Part shown: in pieces, positions 24,634 through 38,279 of the stretch
Layout of the letters: each line of letters opens with the position of its first letter
How positions within the stretch are numbered: the first letter of the stretch is position 1
Assembly (NCBI GenBank): GCA_951406725.2
Contig: OX597840.1
Span: 13,640,001-13,704,000, forward strand
Source: Octopus vulgaris
Lineage: Eukaryota
Direction: 5' to 3'
DNA: 64,000 nt
Translations under genes and position numbers: made by a program
The notes under the pieces: generated by a model
Told to the model about the DNA's origin: nothing
Databases searched by the model: none
What the model saw: the letters and a program-made list of their open reading frames with translations, nothing else

Positions 24634-25273
24634 ATGTTAAGCTTAAGAACTTAAAAATGAAGGAAGAAGCCTCAACCAATCGTGTTTGCTCCAAGACACA
24701 TTGAATTCTAATACCAGTCACTAGAATTGTATTTAATTTAGGGATCATTTATTTTTTAAAAGTATTTATATTCTTTGCACTATTTTCCAGACTTTGACAT
24801 TAAGCCACAGCAGTATTATACAAATTTATGGTCCATTCTGACACAACTGTTTTATTAATCAAGAATTCATTACTTACACATCACTCTCTCATAATTAATC
24901 GAATTAGCTGTTAACCTCTGATCTCGGAATTGAGTTGAATTCTTGATCAAACCGTTGATATAAAGAGAAAAAAACAAACAAAAACTAACTTTTTAAAAAC
25001 TGTTATCAGTGCTCTAATGAATATTATTCAGTACCTAAAATTAGAATAGTGATTTGACAGAGAACGCAGAGTATCAACCAGTTTAATATTGTGCAATATT
25101 TTAGTTCAGTCGCTCTACAGAAAACAAATATTTTGTCATATTCTAAAGGGAGTTTCAGTTGTTCATTTGCTCATACTGTTGCAGAAATTGACTTTTTTTG
25201 CTTAATCAAAAAAAAAAAAAATTATAAATATATTAATTAATTGTAATTGAGCCATTTGTTGAAGTGTCCAAAA

Positions 25274-26125
25274 ATGTTGGCTTCCAGCACTGGTCATGCT
25301 TGGAAATTTATGCTTCCTTTGTTAACCACATGTCGTTATCATCATTGTTTGGTGTTACCCAAAGCTTTGTCCAGAATTGGCCAGCCTTCCATCACTGACA
25401 AATGCCTTGTCAGAATTAAAACTTTCTTTAATCCACTGTCAGAAAATTTTAGAAAAACTTCTACCTCTGCTTCCAACTGTAGTCTGTTAAAATCTTCCTC
25501 AGGACCTTTATCTTCACAGCTGTCTCCTGCGTATATGTCATCACCTGTTCCGTTCTGGAAATCCCTTGAATGTCGACATGCATCCTCTAGTTCTACAAAA
25601 GAAGAAGACAAATTTAAGATTATAATGGCAACATCTACATTAAAAGAACTCAGACATGCTCCTACACCTGCTTTAGTTCTCGGAATCTCAGGACTTATAC
25701 CTTTTGTGTCGTTCCCATTTTATATGTTCATGACCGACACTTACATGCCAGAAATGGCTTTGGCTCAAGCTACTTACGGTGCTGTGATTTTGTCATTTCT
25801 TGGAGGTGTCAGGTGGGGCACTACTATTGCATATAACAGCATCATCAAACCAGATTGGAATAACTTAGTCCAGGCTGTGGTGCCTTCCCTGCTTGGTTGG
25901 TCAGCAATTCAGCTATCTTGCCCTGTTTCAACAATGATACTGGCTGGCGGCTTTGCTTGCCTCGCCTACTATGACATGACTTTCACACCATATCTACCTT
26001 GGTTCAGAGCCTTGCGGTTGCTTCTCAGTGGCATTGCTGTGTTGGCCCTGTGCAGTGAGCTACTCTGTTACTTGATTCTGCTTTCAAATGCTGAAAAAGA
26101 AAGACGAGAAAACCAAACTTGCTAA
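25274..26125 (+). CDS. TMEM69: Transmembrane protein 69 (DUF3429 family), about 283 aa, single coding exon; basic/Ser-rich N-terminus resembling a mitochondrial targeting peptide
   Basis: Only long complex ORF in the window. Motifs PALVLGISGLIPF, YGAVILSFLGGVRWG and PWFRALRLLLS plus about 5 hydrophobic helices match TMEM69/DUF3429. First ATG at 25274 (the ORF track starts at a TTG); alternative ATG at 25310. AATAAA at 26473-26478. Confidence 0.92.
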   Translation: MLASSTGHAWKFMLPLLTTCRYHHCLVLPKALSRIGQPSITDKCLVRIKTFFNPLSENFRKTSTSASNCSLLKSSSGPLSSQLSPAYMSSPVPFWKSLECRHASSSSTKEEDKFKIIMATSTLKELRHAPTPALVLGISGLIPFVSFPFYMFMTDTYMPEMALAQATYGAVILSFLGGVRWGTTIAYNSIIKPDWNNLVQAVVPSLLGWSAIQLSCPVSTMILAGGFACLAYYDMTFTPYLPWFRALRLLLSGIAVLALCSELLCYLILLSNAEKERRENQTC

Positions 26126-26617
26126 TGAATGTGAAAATGATTCCTGCCACCCATTTAGGAGCCACTCCCTAAATGTTTAACTGAATTTTGTTTTGGAACA
26201 AGATTAACATCTGTGATGGTGCCTTTACTGAGTTGAGTCCATGTTATGTTCAAAATGTTGGGTTGTGTTCTTCCCCATTTCTTAAATAATGTGTTTTGTT
26301 TGTGTATAAATGTGAACTGCAAATTGCTCAGGTGCAAGGGAAGCCTTTACTACTTTTCATTGTGTGTGTGTGTGTGTATCTTATTTTCCAAGCGTTACGT
26401 CTGTATTTATGTGTGTATATACACTCAATTATTTGAAATTGAGACTTCTCTGTTGCTACTCTGAGTATTTTGAATAAATGATTAAACTCTGGCATATTGA
26501 GTCTTTTTCCTCTCTCATCTGGAAATTTAAATGCTTGCACACACACACACACACGCACGCATGCACACACCGATCCCTGTATATAATATATGTAGATGTA
26601 GGATTTTTTCTTTTTAA

Positions 26618-26951
26618 AGGAGCACTCCATTGGTTATGACAAGGGTCCCAGCTGATGCGATCAACGGAACAGCTTGCTCGTGAAATTAACGTGCAAGTGG
26701 CTGAGCACTCCACAGACATGTGTACCCTTAATGTAGCCTTCAGGGAGATTCAGCATGACACAGAGAGTGACAAGGCCGGTCCTTTGAAATACAGGTACAA
26801 CTCATTTTTGCCAGCTGAGTGGACTGGAGCAATGTGAAATAAAGTGACTTGCTCAAGGACACAATGCGTCGGCCGGGAATTGAATTCAGGACCTTACAAT
26901 CGTGAGCCAAATGCCCCTAACCACTAAGCCATGCACCTTCACAGGTGTGTG

Positions 26952-26982
<31 letters not shown>

Positions 26983-27463
26983 GCATGTGTGTAAAGTGGT
27001 TGGTGTTAAGAAGGGCATCCAGCTGTAGAAACCAAACTAAATCAGACTGAAACCAGCTCGGGTCAAACTGTCCAACCCATGCCAGCATGGAAAATGGACG
27101 TTAATAGATGATTATGATAGTGACAATGATATAAATATATATGCAAGTATCAAAATGGTATGTTTGTTCCTTCTCGAGCCACGCCTGGCTTATAAGGGCC
27201 GGTTTCCAGGTTTCCTTGGCGTATAGGTTCCTCTCCTGGATGTGACGCTGGTCCATTGCAGGTAAGCTACAAGATGCAGGAGGAAAGAGTGAGAGAAAGT
27301 TGTGGTGAAAGAGTCAGCAGAAGTTCGCCATTACCTTCTGCTGGAGCTGTGTGGAGCTTAGGCATTTCGCTCATAAACACACACATCGCCTGGTCTGAGA
27401 TTTGAACCCGTGATCCCTTGACCATGAGTCTGCTGCTCTAACCACTAGATCATGTGCCTCCAC
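26618..27463 (-). mobile_element. Two family-B-type SINEs (26618-26943 and 27163-27463) downstream of TMEM69
   Basis: tRNA heads gtg.aggtgcatggcttagtggtta and gtggaggcacatgatctagtggttagagc on the minus strand. Confidence 0.8.
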
Positions 27464-28095
27464 ATCAAAATGGTATAGGTGACTATACCAGCTTTAACAG
27501 GCTTAGGGGTGTGAGGCAAAAAAGAAGTAAAGCAGCTGCAAATATACTGCTTGCAATGACCTGTAATCCTCACACTTGCAATGTCTGCATACTTCTTGAC
27601 AAATCCTAGCTGGGACTCAAATGTCACACTTGACATAAGCATGGTGACTGACAAAGAATGTTAATACAACATTATCAAGGTTAATACAACATTATCCAAA
27701 TGGCAAAAGTCCAACAGAACATTTGAAAAAATTTAGCAGTTCATGAACGCTAACAAAACATAAAGACTGAAATTGAAACCAACCTAAGACATTTCTTCAT
27801 TCAACTAGTAGTGATGTCATTGAATAACGAAATTGTTTTATACACACACACACACACTTGTACTTTCACATTTCCCAGTTATCTCAATAGTATTTATCCT
27901 GCTTCTTCAAATTATGGGATGGTGCAGCTCTTAGTGGTCCAAATCAGATATGCAATTTATGTGGGTATCTTTTCAATACATTGCCTGATTTAAAAAGCCA
28001 CATCAGATGCAATGATGGATATAAGGTGTAAGTACAGGAGGTGGTCTGACTCTGCATAAGGAGTAGACAACCACTAACCATCATATATATATATA

Positions 28096-28910
28096 CTAGC
28101 AGTATCGCCCGGTATTGTTTGGGTTTGTTTTGACCGTTTAGAATTGGAATTTTTGAAAAGTAAAAATTTTGCATTATGTAGCTTGTTATTCTCTTTAAGT
28201 GAACATTTTTCTGGTTGAAATACACCGAAAAATGGCGACCCCAGTACGCAAACTTATACTTAATTTATCGACACCAAAAGGATAAAAGGCAAAGTCACCA
28301 TTTTTTGGTGTATTTCAACCAGAACAATGTTCACTTAAAAGTAAAAATTTTGTATTATGTAGCTTGTTATTCTTTTCGGGCTAGCAGTGATGATCAGAAA
28401 TCCGGCCTGCTAAAATTTGGTTAAAGTGATACAAACTGCAGAATCAACGCAAAATGGTCACATTTAATTCAAAGCCTTAAAAATGTTATGAAAACAATTG
28501 GTATGTGTTCACAAAGTCCAAACGATTAATACGAAAAAACCCTCCAGGCTACATCCCAAAAATTCATTTCTTTGCCAAGTTTCTACAATGTTTACGGCGA
28601 TTCGTTTTTATATCTTGATTTTTTTATTTTTCATGCAATTTACGTATGCTTGCATGCGTGGTGAACACAGTTCACGTCAAACAGCTGACTGAGTAAAGTT
28701 CACTATTCAATGCATGGGATAAGGCCTAAACAAACACATTATCGATTTTTGCACTTGTGAGATGAATTTCGGAACAGAAATTGCACAGTTCAATTTTCAT
28801 TCGCCTAAACTTTAAGTGACCCATTTTTGGTGGTTCCACGATTTGTTGGCTAGGAGGAGATGTGCCAGGAAGTTAAACACACAGACACACAAGTTGAGTT
28901 TTATATATAT
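28096..28910 (-). mobile_element. Non-autonomous Helitron
   Basis: Minus-strand 3' end ccc...ccggg-cgatactgCTAG-T at 28096-28099; 5' end tatatataaaactcaacttgtgtgtctgtg lies in (TA)n; no TSD. Confidence 0.7.
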
Positions 28911-29159
28911 ATATATATATATGTTTGTGTGTCTGTTTGTCCCCCCAACATCGCTTGACAACCGATGCTGGTGTATTTACATCCCCGTCACTTAACGGTT
29001 CGGCAAAAGAGACCGATAGAATAAGTACTAGGCTTACAAAGAATAAGTACTGGAGTCAATTTGCTTGATCGACTAAAGGTGGTGCTCCAGCATGGCCACA
29101 GTCAAATGCCTGAAACAAATAAAAGAGTAAAAGAGTAATGAATTTACTGACCCCAATGG

Positions 29160-29590
29160 AATTGGAGGATAAAAATATTTTGTGAATTGTTGGAAATATC
29201 TTTAAATTAGAGAAGAATTGTTTACAAATTCTTTTGGGTTTGTGCCAGGTGTGAACAAAAGGTGTTTCTCTTTTATGTTTGCACTGTTATGAATTTCTAT
29301 GTGTTTAGAATCTTCGGACACACAGGCAGTCAACAAAACGACCAAGTGAAGTAAAATGGTGAGTTACAGATCTGTCCTGCAGTGGAGAATATTATGATGT
29401 CCACAACAACTGTCACTAAATATTGTTCAGTTTTACCTCCATACACTGCATTGCAAAGTTTGCATGTAATGCAGCCGAGGAGGTTGGTAGAAGTGCAGCT
29501 AAAATTGTGACTGATTTGTTAATAGGAATATTGCGAATGGCTTGTTGATTAGAAATTATGGACAAGTGCTAGTTTTAATGGGAGAGTGAT
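29160..29590 (-). mobile_element. Decayed PLE GIY-YIG C-terminal relic, possibly continuing at 30130-30385
   Basis: Minus-strand DRSVTHHFTSLG...LCVR...KRE..VH...PKRI resembles PV..HF...GH...L.V.G...RE...I..L.T..P.G.N. Confidence 0.35.
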
Positions 29591-29596
29591 CTTGTA

Positions 29597-30130
29597 GCCT
29601 AAGCCAGGGGTGTAACCAGCCCACTTATGCATACCTCCCCTTCATTGGACACTAAACTCTGCTTGCGAAGACCTGTTGAGGCAAGTGAAATCAGAATCGA
29701 AATCAAATTCGATGACTGGCATCCATGCTAGTGGAGCACTAAGAGCACCATCTGAGCGTGATCATTGCCAGAGTGGCTAAATGGTGTTCATGCCGGTGGC
29801 ACATAAAAAGCACCATTCGAGTGTGATCGTTACCAGCGTCGCCTTACTGGCACTTGTGCCAGTGTGCGGGTGATATATAAAAAAAAAAACGATTTTCCGT
29901 GACTGTTGCCAGTACCGCCTGACTGGCCCACGTGCCGGTGGCACATAAAAGTACTCACTACACTCTCAGAGTGGTTGGCGTTAGGAAGGACATCAAGCTG
30001 TAGAAACTCTGCCAAATCAAGACTGGAGTCTGGTGCAGCGATCTGGTTCGCCATTCCTCAGTCAAATCGTCCAACTCGTGCTAGCATGGAAAGCAGACGT
30101 TAAACAGCGATGATGATGATGATGATGATG
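29597..30130 (+). mobile_element. RTE 3' end with (GAT)n tail
   Basis: Same UTR and tail. Further plus-strand tails at 30672-31152, 35663-36071, 49900-50220, 53596-53950 and 55937-56252. Confidence 0.85.
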
Positions 30131-30390
30131 ACCAAACAAAAGAAGAAATTTAGTGTTTCAGATATATGTGTACCTTGTTTAAAATGCATTGGTATCAACT
30201 GTAGGCACCTAATGATTAAAGAATGAGATTGTCTCTCATTGGATTTGGTGTAGAATTTGAAGATCTTGCTGCAGAATCAGTAGGGAGCAGAGGACTTGGA
30301 AAGATGGTAGATTTGGTAATGATGGAGTGATAGGAAAGATAGTTTAGAGAGGATGGGAATCAGTGAACTTAGAGTAGAGATGGATAAAAA

Positions 30391-30638
30391 TGTTCCTTCT
30401 CGAGCCATGCCAGGCTCGTAAGAGCCGGTTTCCCGGTTTCAATGGCGTAGAAATTCCCCACCTGGATGGGATGCTAGTCCGTCGCAGGATTACTCATTTT
30501 TGCCAGCTGAGTGGACAGGAGCAACGTGAAATGAAGTGCTTTGCTCAAGAACACAGCGCATCGTCCGGTCCAGGAATTGAAACCACAACCTTATGATCAT
30601 GAGTTCAACACTCTAACCACTAAGCCATGCGCCTCCAC
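30391..30638 (-). mobile_element. SINE family B with TSD agagatggataa
   Basis: tRNA head plus CORE-like body; sister copy at 37123-37370. Confidence 0.85.
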
Positions 30639-32811
30639 AGAGATGGATAAGAAGATATTAAAAGCAACTGTTGACAGAGCAGCTAACCGGCTTCCATGCT
30701 AGTGGCATATAAAAGGCACTATTCGAGGGTGATCATTACCAGCGTCGCCTTACTGGCACTTGTGCCCATGCTAGTAGGGTGCTAAGAGCACCATCCAAGT
30801 GTGATCATTACCAGAGCGGCTATCTGGCTTCCATGCCGGCGGCACGTAAAAGGCACCATTCGAGCGTGATCATTACCAGCGTTGCCTTACTGGCACCTGT
30901 GCCGGTGGCATGTGTAAAAATATTTGAGCGAGGTCGTTGCCAGTACCGCCTGACTGGCCACCATTCCGGTGGCACGTAAAAGCACCCACTACACTCGCGT
31001 GGAGTGGTTGGCGTTAGGAAGGGCATCCAGCTGTAGAAACTCTGCCAGATCAAGATTGGAGCCTGGTGCAGCCATCAGGTTCGCCAGCCCTCAGTCAAAA
31101 TCGTCCAACCCATGCTAGCATCGAAAGCAGATGTTAAACGATGATGATGATGTCTAGAAAACTGGTGAAAATACATTTACATATCCAAACTCACATGTGT
31201 AATTTTTGAAGAAGTACACCACAACTAGTTTATAGCTGCACGTACACATGAGCGCACACCCAGACACGCATGCATGCATGTTTCCTTTGTACAACACTCA
31301 AAATGCATGGTTTAGTGGTTTACTTCGGTATCTTGAATACTTGGGTTCAATTACACAATGTGGAATTTTGGGGTAAGTGATTTTCACTGTTGTGTCAGTT
31401 CAACCGAAGCCCTGTAAATGAAATTGGATGGACAGAAAAATGTGTGAAACCTAACGGAGGGATTGTACTTGTAACTGAAAAGTTCAGCCTTGTCACATTG
31501 ATTTGGTCTGAGAATTACATTAAGAGTATATATATTTGTAGAAATCCTACCTGTTTTCACATCAGTTCAGTGAATAATTTAGTTAAATGAAAAACTGGAA
31601 TGCTCATCGTTGGAACCGACTGAGATCCATTTATTTGTTACAAAGCTGTGTACTTGTAATAAAATATTTATTAAATGGCTTTCCCCGACACCAACTTTCA
31701 CTAGTTTACTAGGTGTATATATATATATATATAACGTTTAGGTTTAGTTTTAAGGTAGACAACTCCACGATTTCATTGTTATGACAACTGAGTTATTTAC
31801 CTCAAGTAAAAAATTTTTTTTAAATTCATGTGGAAAATTTCCAGGCACAACACCCCAAATTTGGACGCAAGGGGGCAGCTGATTATCTTGATCCGTGACA
31901 GTTGGAAGGTGAGGTTTATCTGAGTGGGATTTTAACTCAGAATGTAACCAATCTTAACAAATATTGTCTGATGCTCCAAGAATTCTGACCAATATACTGG
32001 CATTTCACAAACTTCAATGATACATGTTATTGTGCTCCCAGTCAGCTCTGGCCAAGTGGACCTTTTATGATAAAAGACATTCTAATCAGCCCTCGCCATT
32101 CTATATTTTTTAGCAAAGTCAAGGCTCAGTGTATTTTTCACAGTACTTTCTAATGTGCCCAAAATGTTTTAAAGATAGAATGGGTATGAATGTGGCACAG
32201 TCCAAATTTTGGAGTGGCTGGATGGCTTTCTACTCCCTGCTGCAAAAAGCTCAAGTTCCTGTGTACTGGAAACTTTTGATTTTGTGTCCAAAACTTACAA
32301 TTTTTCTAAGCACCAAAATAGCACTGGAAACTGTTTTTTTGGTAATCATGGATGTTTCTTCTTGACCATGACAAGAGGGAGGAAGCGTGCATGAATGCTT
32401 TTGAAAAACAGTAAAGCAAAAGTATTCTACCTAATTTTCTCAGTAAATTATTGAAATTTGTGTTACTCTGTAACACATTTGGCTAAAAAATTTTACCCAC
32501 AGACGAGGTGATGCCAAAAGGGTAATTCTATGCTGTTAATTTCACTAACATCTTCATGACAAAATTTGATTCACAGTTAATGGAGACATTCAAATTCCTG
32601 CAAGGTTATGAACCAATACTCTGATTATGGTTCATTCATGATGTCTTTTTTGTTCAGGAAGGCTCACACGATAATTAACTTCTTGCATTTCCATAACTGT
32701 TAGCATCAAATTTTTGGACACAGAAGTTTTCTGAAGACCAAATAGTGACAGTTATTTTTCAAACCTGTGTCATCCCACATTTACTTTTACCACCACTCTG
32801 ATCATCCACAT

Positions 32812-33750
32812 CAGGGGTCACCAAACTTTTTCCATGGTGCGCCAGATAACTGAGAGAATGATGTGTGCAGGCCACTTAAGCATTTTGCTCAATAGAATAC
32901 AGTAAATAAAGCAGCAAGCTGGCAGAACCGTTAGCATGCTGGGCAAAATGCTTAGCGGTATTTTGTCTGTCTTTGCATTCTGAGTTCAAATTCCGCCGAG
33001 GTCGACTTTGCCTTTCATCCTTTCGGGGTCGATAAATTAAGTACCAGTTACGCACTAGGGTTGATATAATCAACTTAATCCGTGTGTCTGTCCTTGTTTG
33101 TCTCCTCTGTGTTTAGCCCCTTGTGGGTAGTAAAGAAATAGGTATTTCATCTGCCTCTACGTTCAGAGTTTAAATTCTACCAAAGTCAATTTTGCCTTTC
33201 ATCCTTTCGGGGTCGATAAATTAAGTACCAGTTACGCTCTGGGGTCGATGTAATCAACTTAATCCCTTTGTCTATCCTTGTTTGTCCCCTCTATGTTTAG
33301 CCCCCTGTGGGAAATAAAGAAATAAGAATACAGTGAATAGACACAAAAAATAAAGACAACCAACATATTTATTTACCAAAAAGTTATCAAAGAAGACAAC
33401 ATTAGCAATAAGATAGTTATATCACATCCAATTCACACAAACTAAGTAGCAAAAAAGGGTAATGAGGTTTGTGAAACTGATGTTTAGCTTTTAAGATATT
33501 GATATTTGCTTTGGAATTGCTGCATCCAACCAAGAGAATTGCTTTCAAAAGTTCATCAGTCAACCCCGTTCGATGTGCTGACTTCACACTCTTCATTATT
33601 GAAAATGTTTGCTCACAGACATAAGTTGTTCCAAACACTGATGCCATACCAGAGGCAAATGAACTCTCATTGTAGACAGTCACACAAAAGGTACAGTGTG
33701 GTGACAGGCCAGGTGAACTGACTTTGCAGGCTGTAGTTTGGTGACCCCTG
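32812..33750 (-). mobile_element. Internally deleted hAT (Charlie-like) element with both TIRs; contains a dimeric family-C SINE at about 32911-33324
   Basis: TIRs caggggtcaccaaact / agtttggtgacccctg; FGTTYVCEQTFSIMKSVKSAHRTGLTD is the hAT dimerisation domain; SINE TSD agaatacagt(a/g)aata. Confidence 0.88.
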
Positions 33751-34921
33751 GACCACAACATATAATTAAGTCAGATCTGAAATCCAAGTTTTTGAGGATG
33801 AAACTGAAAACATACAAATGCTTATGTATGCTGTAATGTCAAATGCAGTTACAGTGAATCATGATTAAAGGAAATCACAATGACATAAGCTAAAATTAGC
33901 AAGGAAAGGCAAACTTCCTCACCTAATTTTAGCAGCCAAAGTAAAAATGGTGATCAATTTCTTTAGTGATTAAATGGCAATGAAATTTCACTGGCATTTC
34001 AAGAGTTTTGCATAAAAGTTACCAGCCTATTTCAGAAAAATGTCCCCATTTCAAACAAATATTCCCTCATCTGCCTATTACAGCCTTCAGATGGAATAAA
34101 AAGATAAGGGAACCATTAACCCCCTACTTCTAATCCTAATAAAATTACCATTAATGCTGTATCCCTAAAAGCAGCTGCAAGAGTGGTAAGCCCTGTCCAT
34201 TGTGCAAGAATATGAGTGAATTCAACTCCATCACAAATTACAGCAGAAATGTTATGACTTATACAGGAGGTGGGATGTGGTGCATGCAGCAGAATGCACA
34301 GAATACAATTTGCTTTGCACGGAGGAGGAGACCCCCTTCGGTCATGAATGACCATGGGATTGCACCTAGAAAGTTGCCCTTCGAGGCACCAGTCCGGGCA
34401 AGATTGTTTGTGGAAGGCTAGCAGTTGCCCATCCATACCAGCCTCCCCTCTTCATGCCACCGATGTTATCCAAGGGAAAGGCAAAGGAGCCAATACAGCT
34501 TGGCACCAGTGATGTTGCAACTCATTTCTACAGCTGAGTGAACTGGAGCAACGTGAAATAAAGTGTCTTGCTCAAGAACACAACATGCAGCTTGGTCTGG
34601 GAATTGAACTCACAACCTCACAATCGTAAGCTCAACACTCTAATCACTGAGTCATGTGCCTTCACATGATTTGCACAACAGAACAATAGAATAAAAGATT
34701 CCTTGGGCATAGATATCACACCAGGCACAACAACAGTAGTTTGATGGAACCTGCCAAACATTTTACATCGAATGGCTGTAATTTTATGGAACACCTGAAA
34801 ATACACCTTCCCAGAAAATATATTTGTGAATTGCTGACATCAATCCCTGGAGGAATGAATAAAATTACTGGAGAATCCCATTTTATTGACACAAAACTTT
34901 TTGATTAAGTGTTCTCTTTCC

Positions 34922-35598
34922 TACTCTCTTTTACTTGTTTCAGTCATTTGACTGCGGCCATACTGGAGCACTGTCTTTAGTCGAGCAAATCGACCCCAGG
35001 ACTTATTCTTTGGAAGCCTAGTGCTTATTCTATCAGTCTCTTTTGCCAAACCACTAAGTTATGGGGACGTAAACACACCAGCATCAGTTGTTGAGTGATG
35101 ATGGTGGTAGTGGGGGACAAACATACACACATACACACACATACATATACATACATATATATAGTAGAAATATGTTACGAAAAGAAAATATAAAATACAC
35201 GTGGAAATGTAAGGGTAAAATATGAAAAATCAACGAAAATGCATATTGCAAATAGAAAAAAGGCTCTTTATGACAGGTAATGACAAATATATACATTTAG
35301 ATTGAATGAGGTAGTAATACGAGTCATAAAAGTCATTATTATGACATGATTATAAGATGATAATAATGTAAGAGAACAATATATTAACCGGTGTTGTTGA
35401 AACGATGAATAGTTTTGCGTAAACCATGGTTCATTTTGTTCTCTTACTTTATTATTTTCTTATAATCATCTCATAATAATGACTTTTATGACTCGTATTA
35501 CTACCTCAGTCAATCTAAATGTATATATTTGTCACTACCTGTCATAAATAGCCTTTTTCTATTTGCAATATGCATTTTCGTTGATTTTTCATATTTTA

Positions 35599-35665
<67 letters not shown>

Positions 35666-36250
35666 ATGGAAATTGCAGATGTGTTACCAGTGCCGGTGGC
35701 ATGTAAGAGAACCTTCCGTTTCGCGACCGTTGCCAGCACCGCCCCGACTGGCCTTGTGCCGATGGCACGTAAAAAGCACCATCCGTTCGTGTCCGTTGCC
35801 AGCCTTGCCTGGCCCTCGTGCCGGTGGCACATAAAAAGCACCATCCGTTCGTGGCCGTTTGCCAGCTCTGTCTGGCACCTGTGCAGGTGGCACGTAAAAA
35901 GCACCCACTACACTCACGGAGTGGTTGGCGTTAGGAAGGGCATCCAGCTGTAGAAACATTACCAGATTAGACTGGAGCCTGGTGCAGCCTTCTGGCTTCA
36001 CAGACCCCAGTAGAACCGTCCAACCCATGCTAGCATGGAAAACGGACGCTAAACGATGATGATGATGATGATATATACACACACATATATATGACGGACT
36101 TCTCCCAGTTTCTGTCTACCAAATCCACTCACAAGGCTTTGGTCGGACCAAGGCTAAAGTAGGAGACAGTTGCCGAAGGTATCACGCAGTGAGAATGAAC
36201 CTGGAACAATGTAGTTGATAAGCAAGCTACTTACCACATAGCCACTCCTG
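34922..36250 (-). mobile_element. SINE family A split at its internal microsatellite by two later insertions
   Basis: 3' half at 34922-35160 and 5' half at 36085-36250. Confidence 0.85.
35163..35600 (-). mobile_element. PLE-like fragment with about 165-bp fold-back in (TA)n
   Basis: Arms 35214-35379 / 35436-35600. Confidence 0.65.
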
Positions 36251-37679
36251 TTCAAGTTTTTCTTTTTTTTTTCTTTTTCTAATTATATTACTAATTATGG
36301 AAAAGGGAAATCTGATGATGTCATTTTTTTCTAAAATGGAATGAAAGATATTCCCCTTCATGCTTTGAATTTCTGCACATTTTTCATTTTTCATTTTTCA
36401 TTTTTCATACATGCAGCGGGCTTCTTTCAGTTTTCGTCTACCAAATCCACTCAGAAGGCTTTAGTTGGCCCGAGGCTATAGTAGAAGACATTTGCCCAAG
36501 GTGCCATGCAGTGGGACTGAACCCGGAACCATGTAGTTTGTAAGAAAGCTACTTACCACACAGCCACTCCTACGCCTTTCTGCTTATTTACCTTTGTGAA
36601 GAGTTACATCGGTTTTCATAGATAAATAATGGTTTAAAATTTTGGCACAAGGCCAGCAAGTTTAGATGAGGGGGACGATCCTTGTGACTTTCTCCCTGCT
36701 TTATGAACTTTATGTCACTTCCTGTATCTTCCTTTCTTACCCTTCTCCCTCATAAATGTACCCTTTCTTCTCCAGGCCATCTTATATATATTTTGTATCT
36801 AACCGTTACCTTAAGTCTGCAAGAATTTAAAATATGGAAACTTTATGATAGTTACAGAAATCCCCCACTGTAAGAATGCATGTGAGTTCAAAGTTTAGAC
36901 ATCAGTTACAGGTGATTTTTGTGGTTTACCAACATTATCAAAGTGGCACACTATAAAACTGTCCCTGACATTGAACTGGTGGTCACCTTCAGTAATCTTG
37001 ACCACATACATGCACACAACACCAAATCAATGTTTGCATACCAATGCTATCGGAGACCAAATAGATTCAGTGTGACGGTGCTGACCAGATATGTTTTACA
37101 TAGTAATAATAATAATAATAAATGTGACCTTTTAAAGCCTAGCCAGGCTCATGGGCCAAGTTTCCCAGTTTCAATGGTGTATGTGTTCCCCAGCTGGACG
37201 GGATGCCAGTCCATCGCAGCGTCACTCATTTTTGCCAGCTGAGTGGACTGGAGCAACGTGAAATGAAGTGTTTTGCTCAAGAACACAACGTGTCGCCCAG
37301 TCCAGGAATCGAAACCACAATCTTACGATCATGATGCTGACACCCTAACCACTAAGCCATGCGCCTCCACTTACATAGTAATACTAGAACACAATAAATA
37401 TAACATTACTCCAACTACAAAATAGATAAATTATGTTATTATGTATTTGTGGCTTTGTTACTGTATAGCTTCTTTGCAGTGGTGTCCTACACCTCAATAA
37501 GTTAGCATGATCAGAAGTATGAGACATGAATATTAGCAGTTGCAGGAGTTGATGAAATCAATGATATTGACCTGTTATAATTATTATCATCAAGGACTTT
37601 ATGATCAAATGGTGGCTCAACAAGGGATGGAGAAGCTGGTGATATTGACCTATTGATAAAATCATCTGTTTCTACTCTT

Positions 37680-38050
37680 AGGCACAAGGCCTGAAATTTT
37701 GGGGGAGGGAGCCAGTTGATTAGATTAACCCCAGTACACAACTGGTAATTAATTTATCGACCCCGAAAGGATGAATGGTAAAGTCGACCTTGGCAGAATT
37801 TGAACTCTGAATGTAAAGACAGATGAAATACTGCTAAGCATTTTGCCTGGTGTGCTAACGATTCTTATTTCTTTGTTGCTCACAAGGGACTAAACATAGA
37901 GGGGACAAACAAAGGTACTTAATTTATTGACCCCGAAAGGATGAAAGGCAAAGTTAACCTCGGTGGAATTTGAACTCAGAATGTAAAGACAGACAAAATA
38001 CTGCTAAGCACTTTGCCTGGCATGCTAATATTTCTGCCTGCTTGATGCCC
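37680..38050 (-). mobile_element. SINE family C, internally duplicated
   Basis: Two copies of gaccccgaaaggatgaa.gg.aaagt. Confidence 0.8.
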
Positions 38051-38279
38051 TCTACTGATAACATTATCATTAGCAGATGTACTTGACAAAGGATATTTAG
38101 GAACTGCTTGGTTAAATGATGCTAAACTTTTTAATCTTCTCATTTAATTCAGTTGTATTTCTACAAGCATTAATCTAATAACATATAATGTCAGAAAATT
38201 TCATTACACTAGTCTAGCTATGAATCATTGGTTAAACTTGATAAAAAGGGCTGTACTGCCACTTTTAATTATCTGTGAA

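Noticed and set aside
25185-26125. TMEM69 as a retrocopy
   Set aside because: No 3' poly(A) or TSD; the ORF is intact with upstream intron signals, and TMEM69 coding sequence is largely single-exon in vertebrates too.
35380-35435. HHR in the loop of the 35.2-kb fold-back
   Set aside because: It needs two substitutions to reach GAAACUAGUC and has no 5' core, so it is too degenerate to call.
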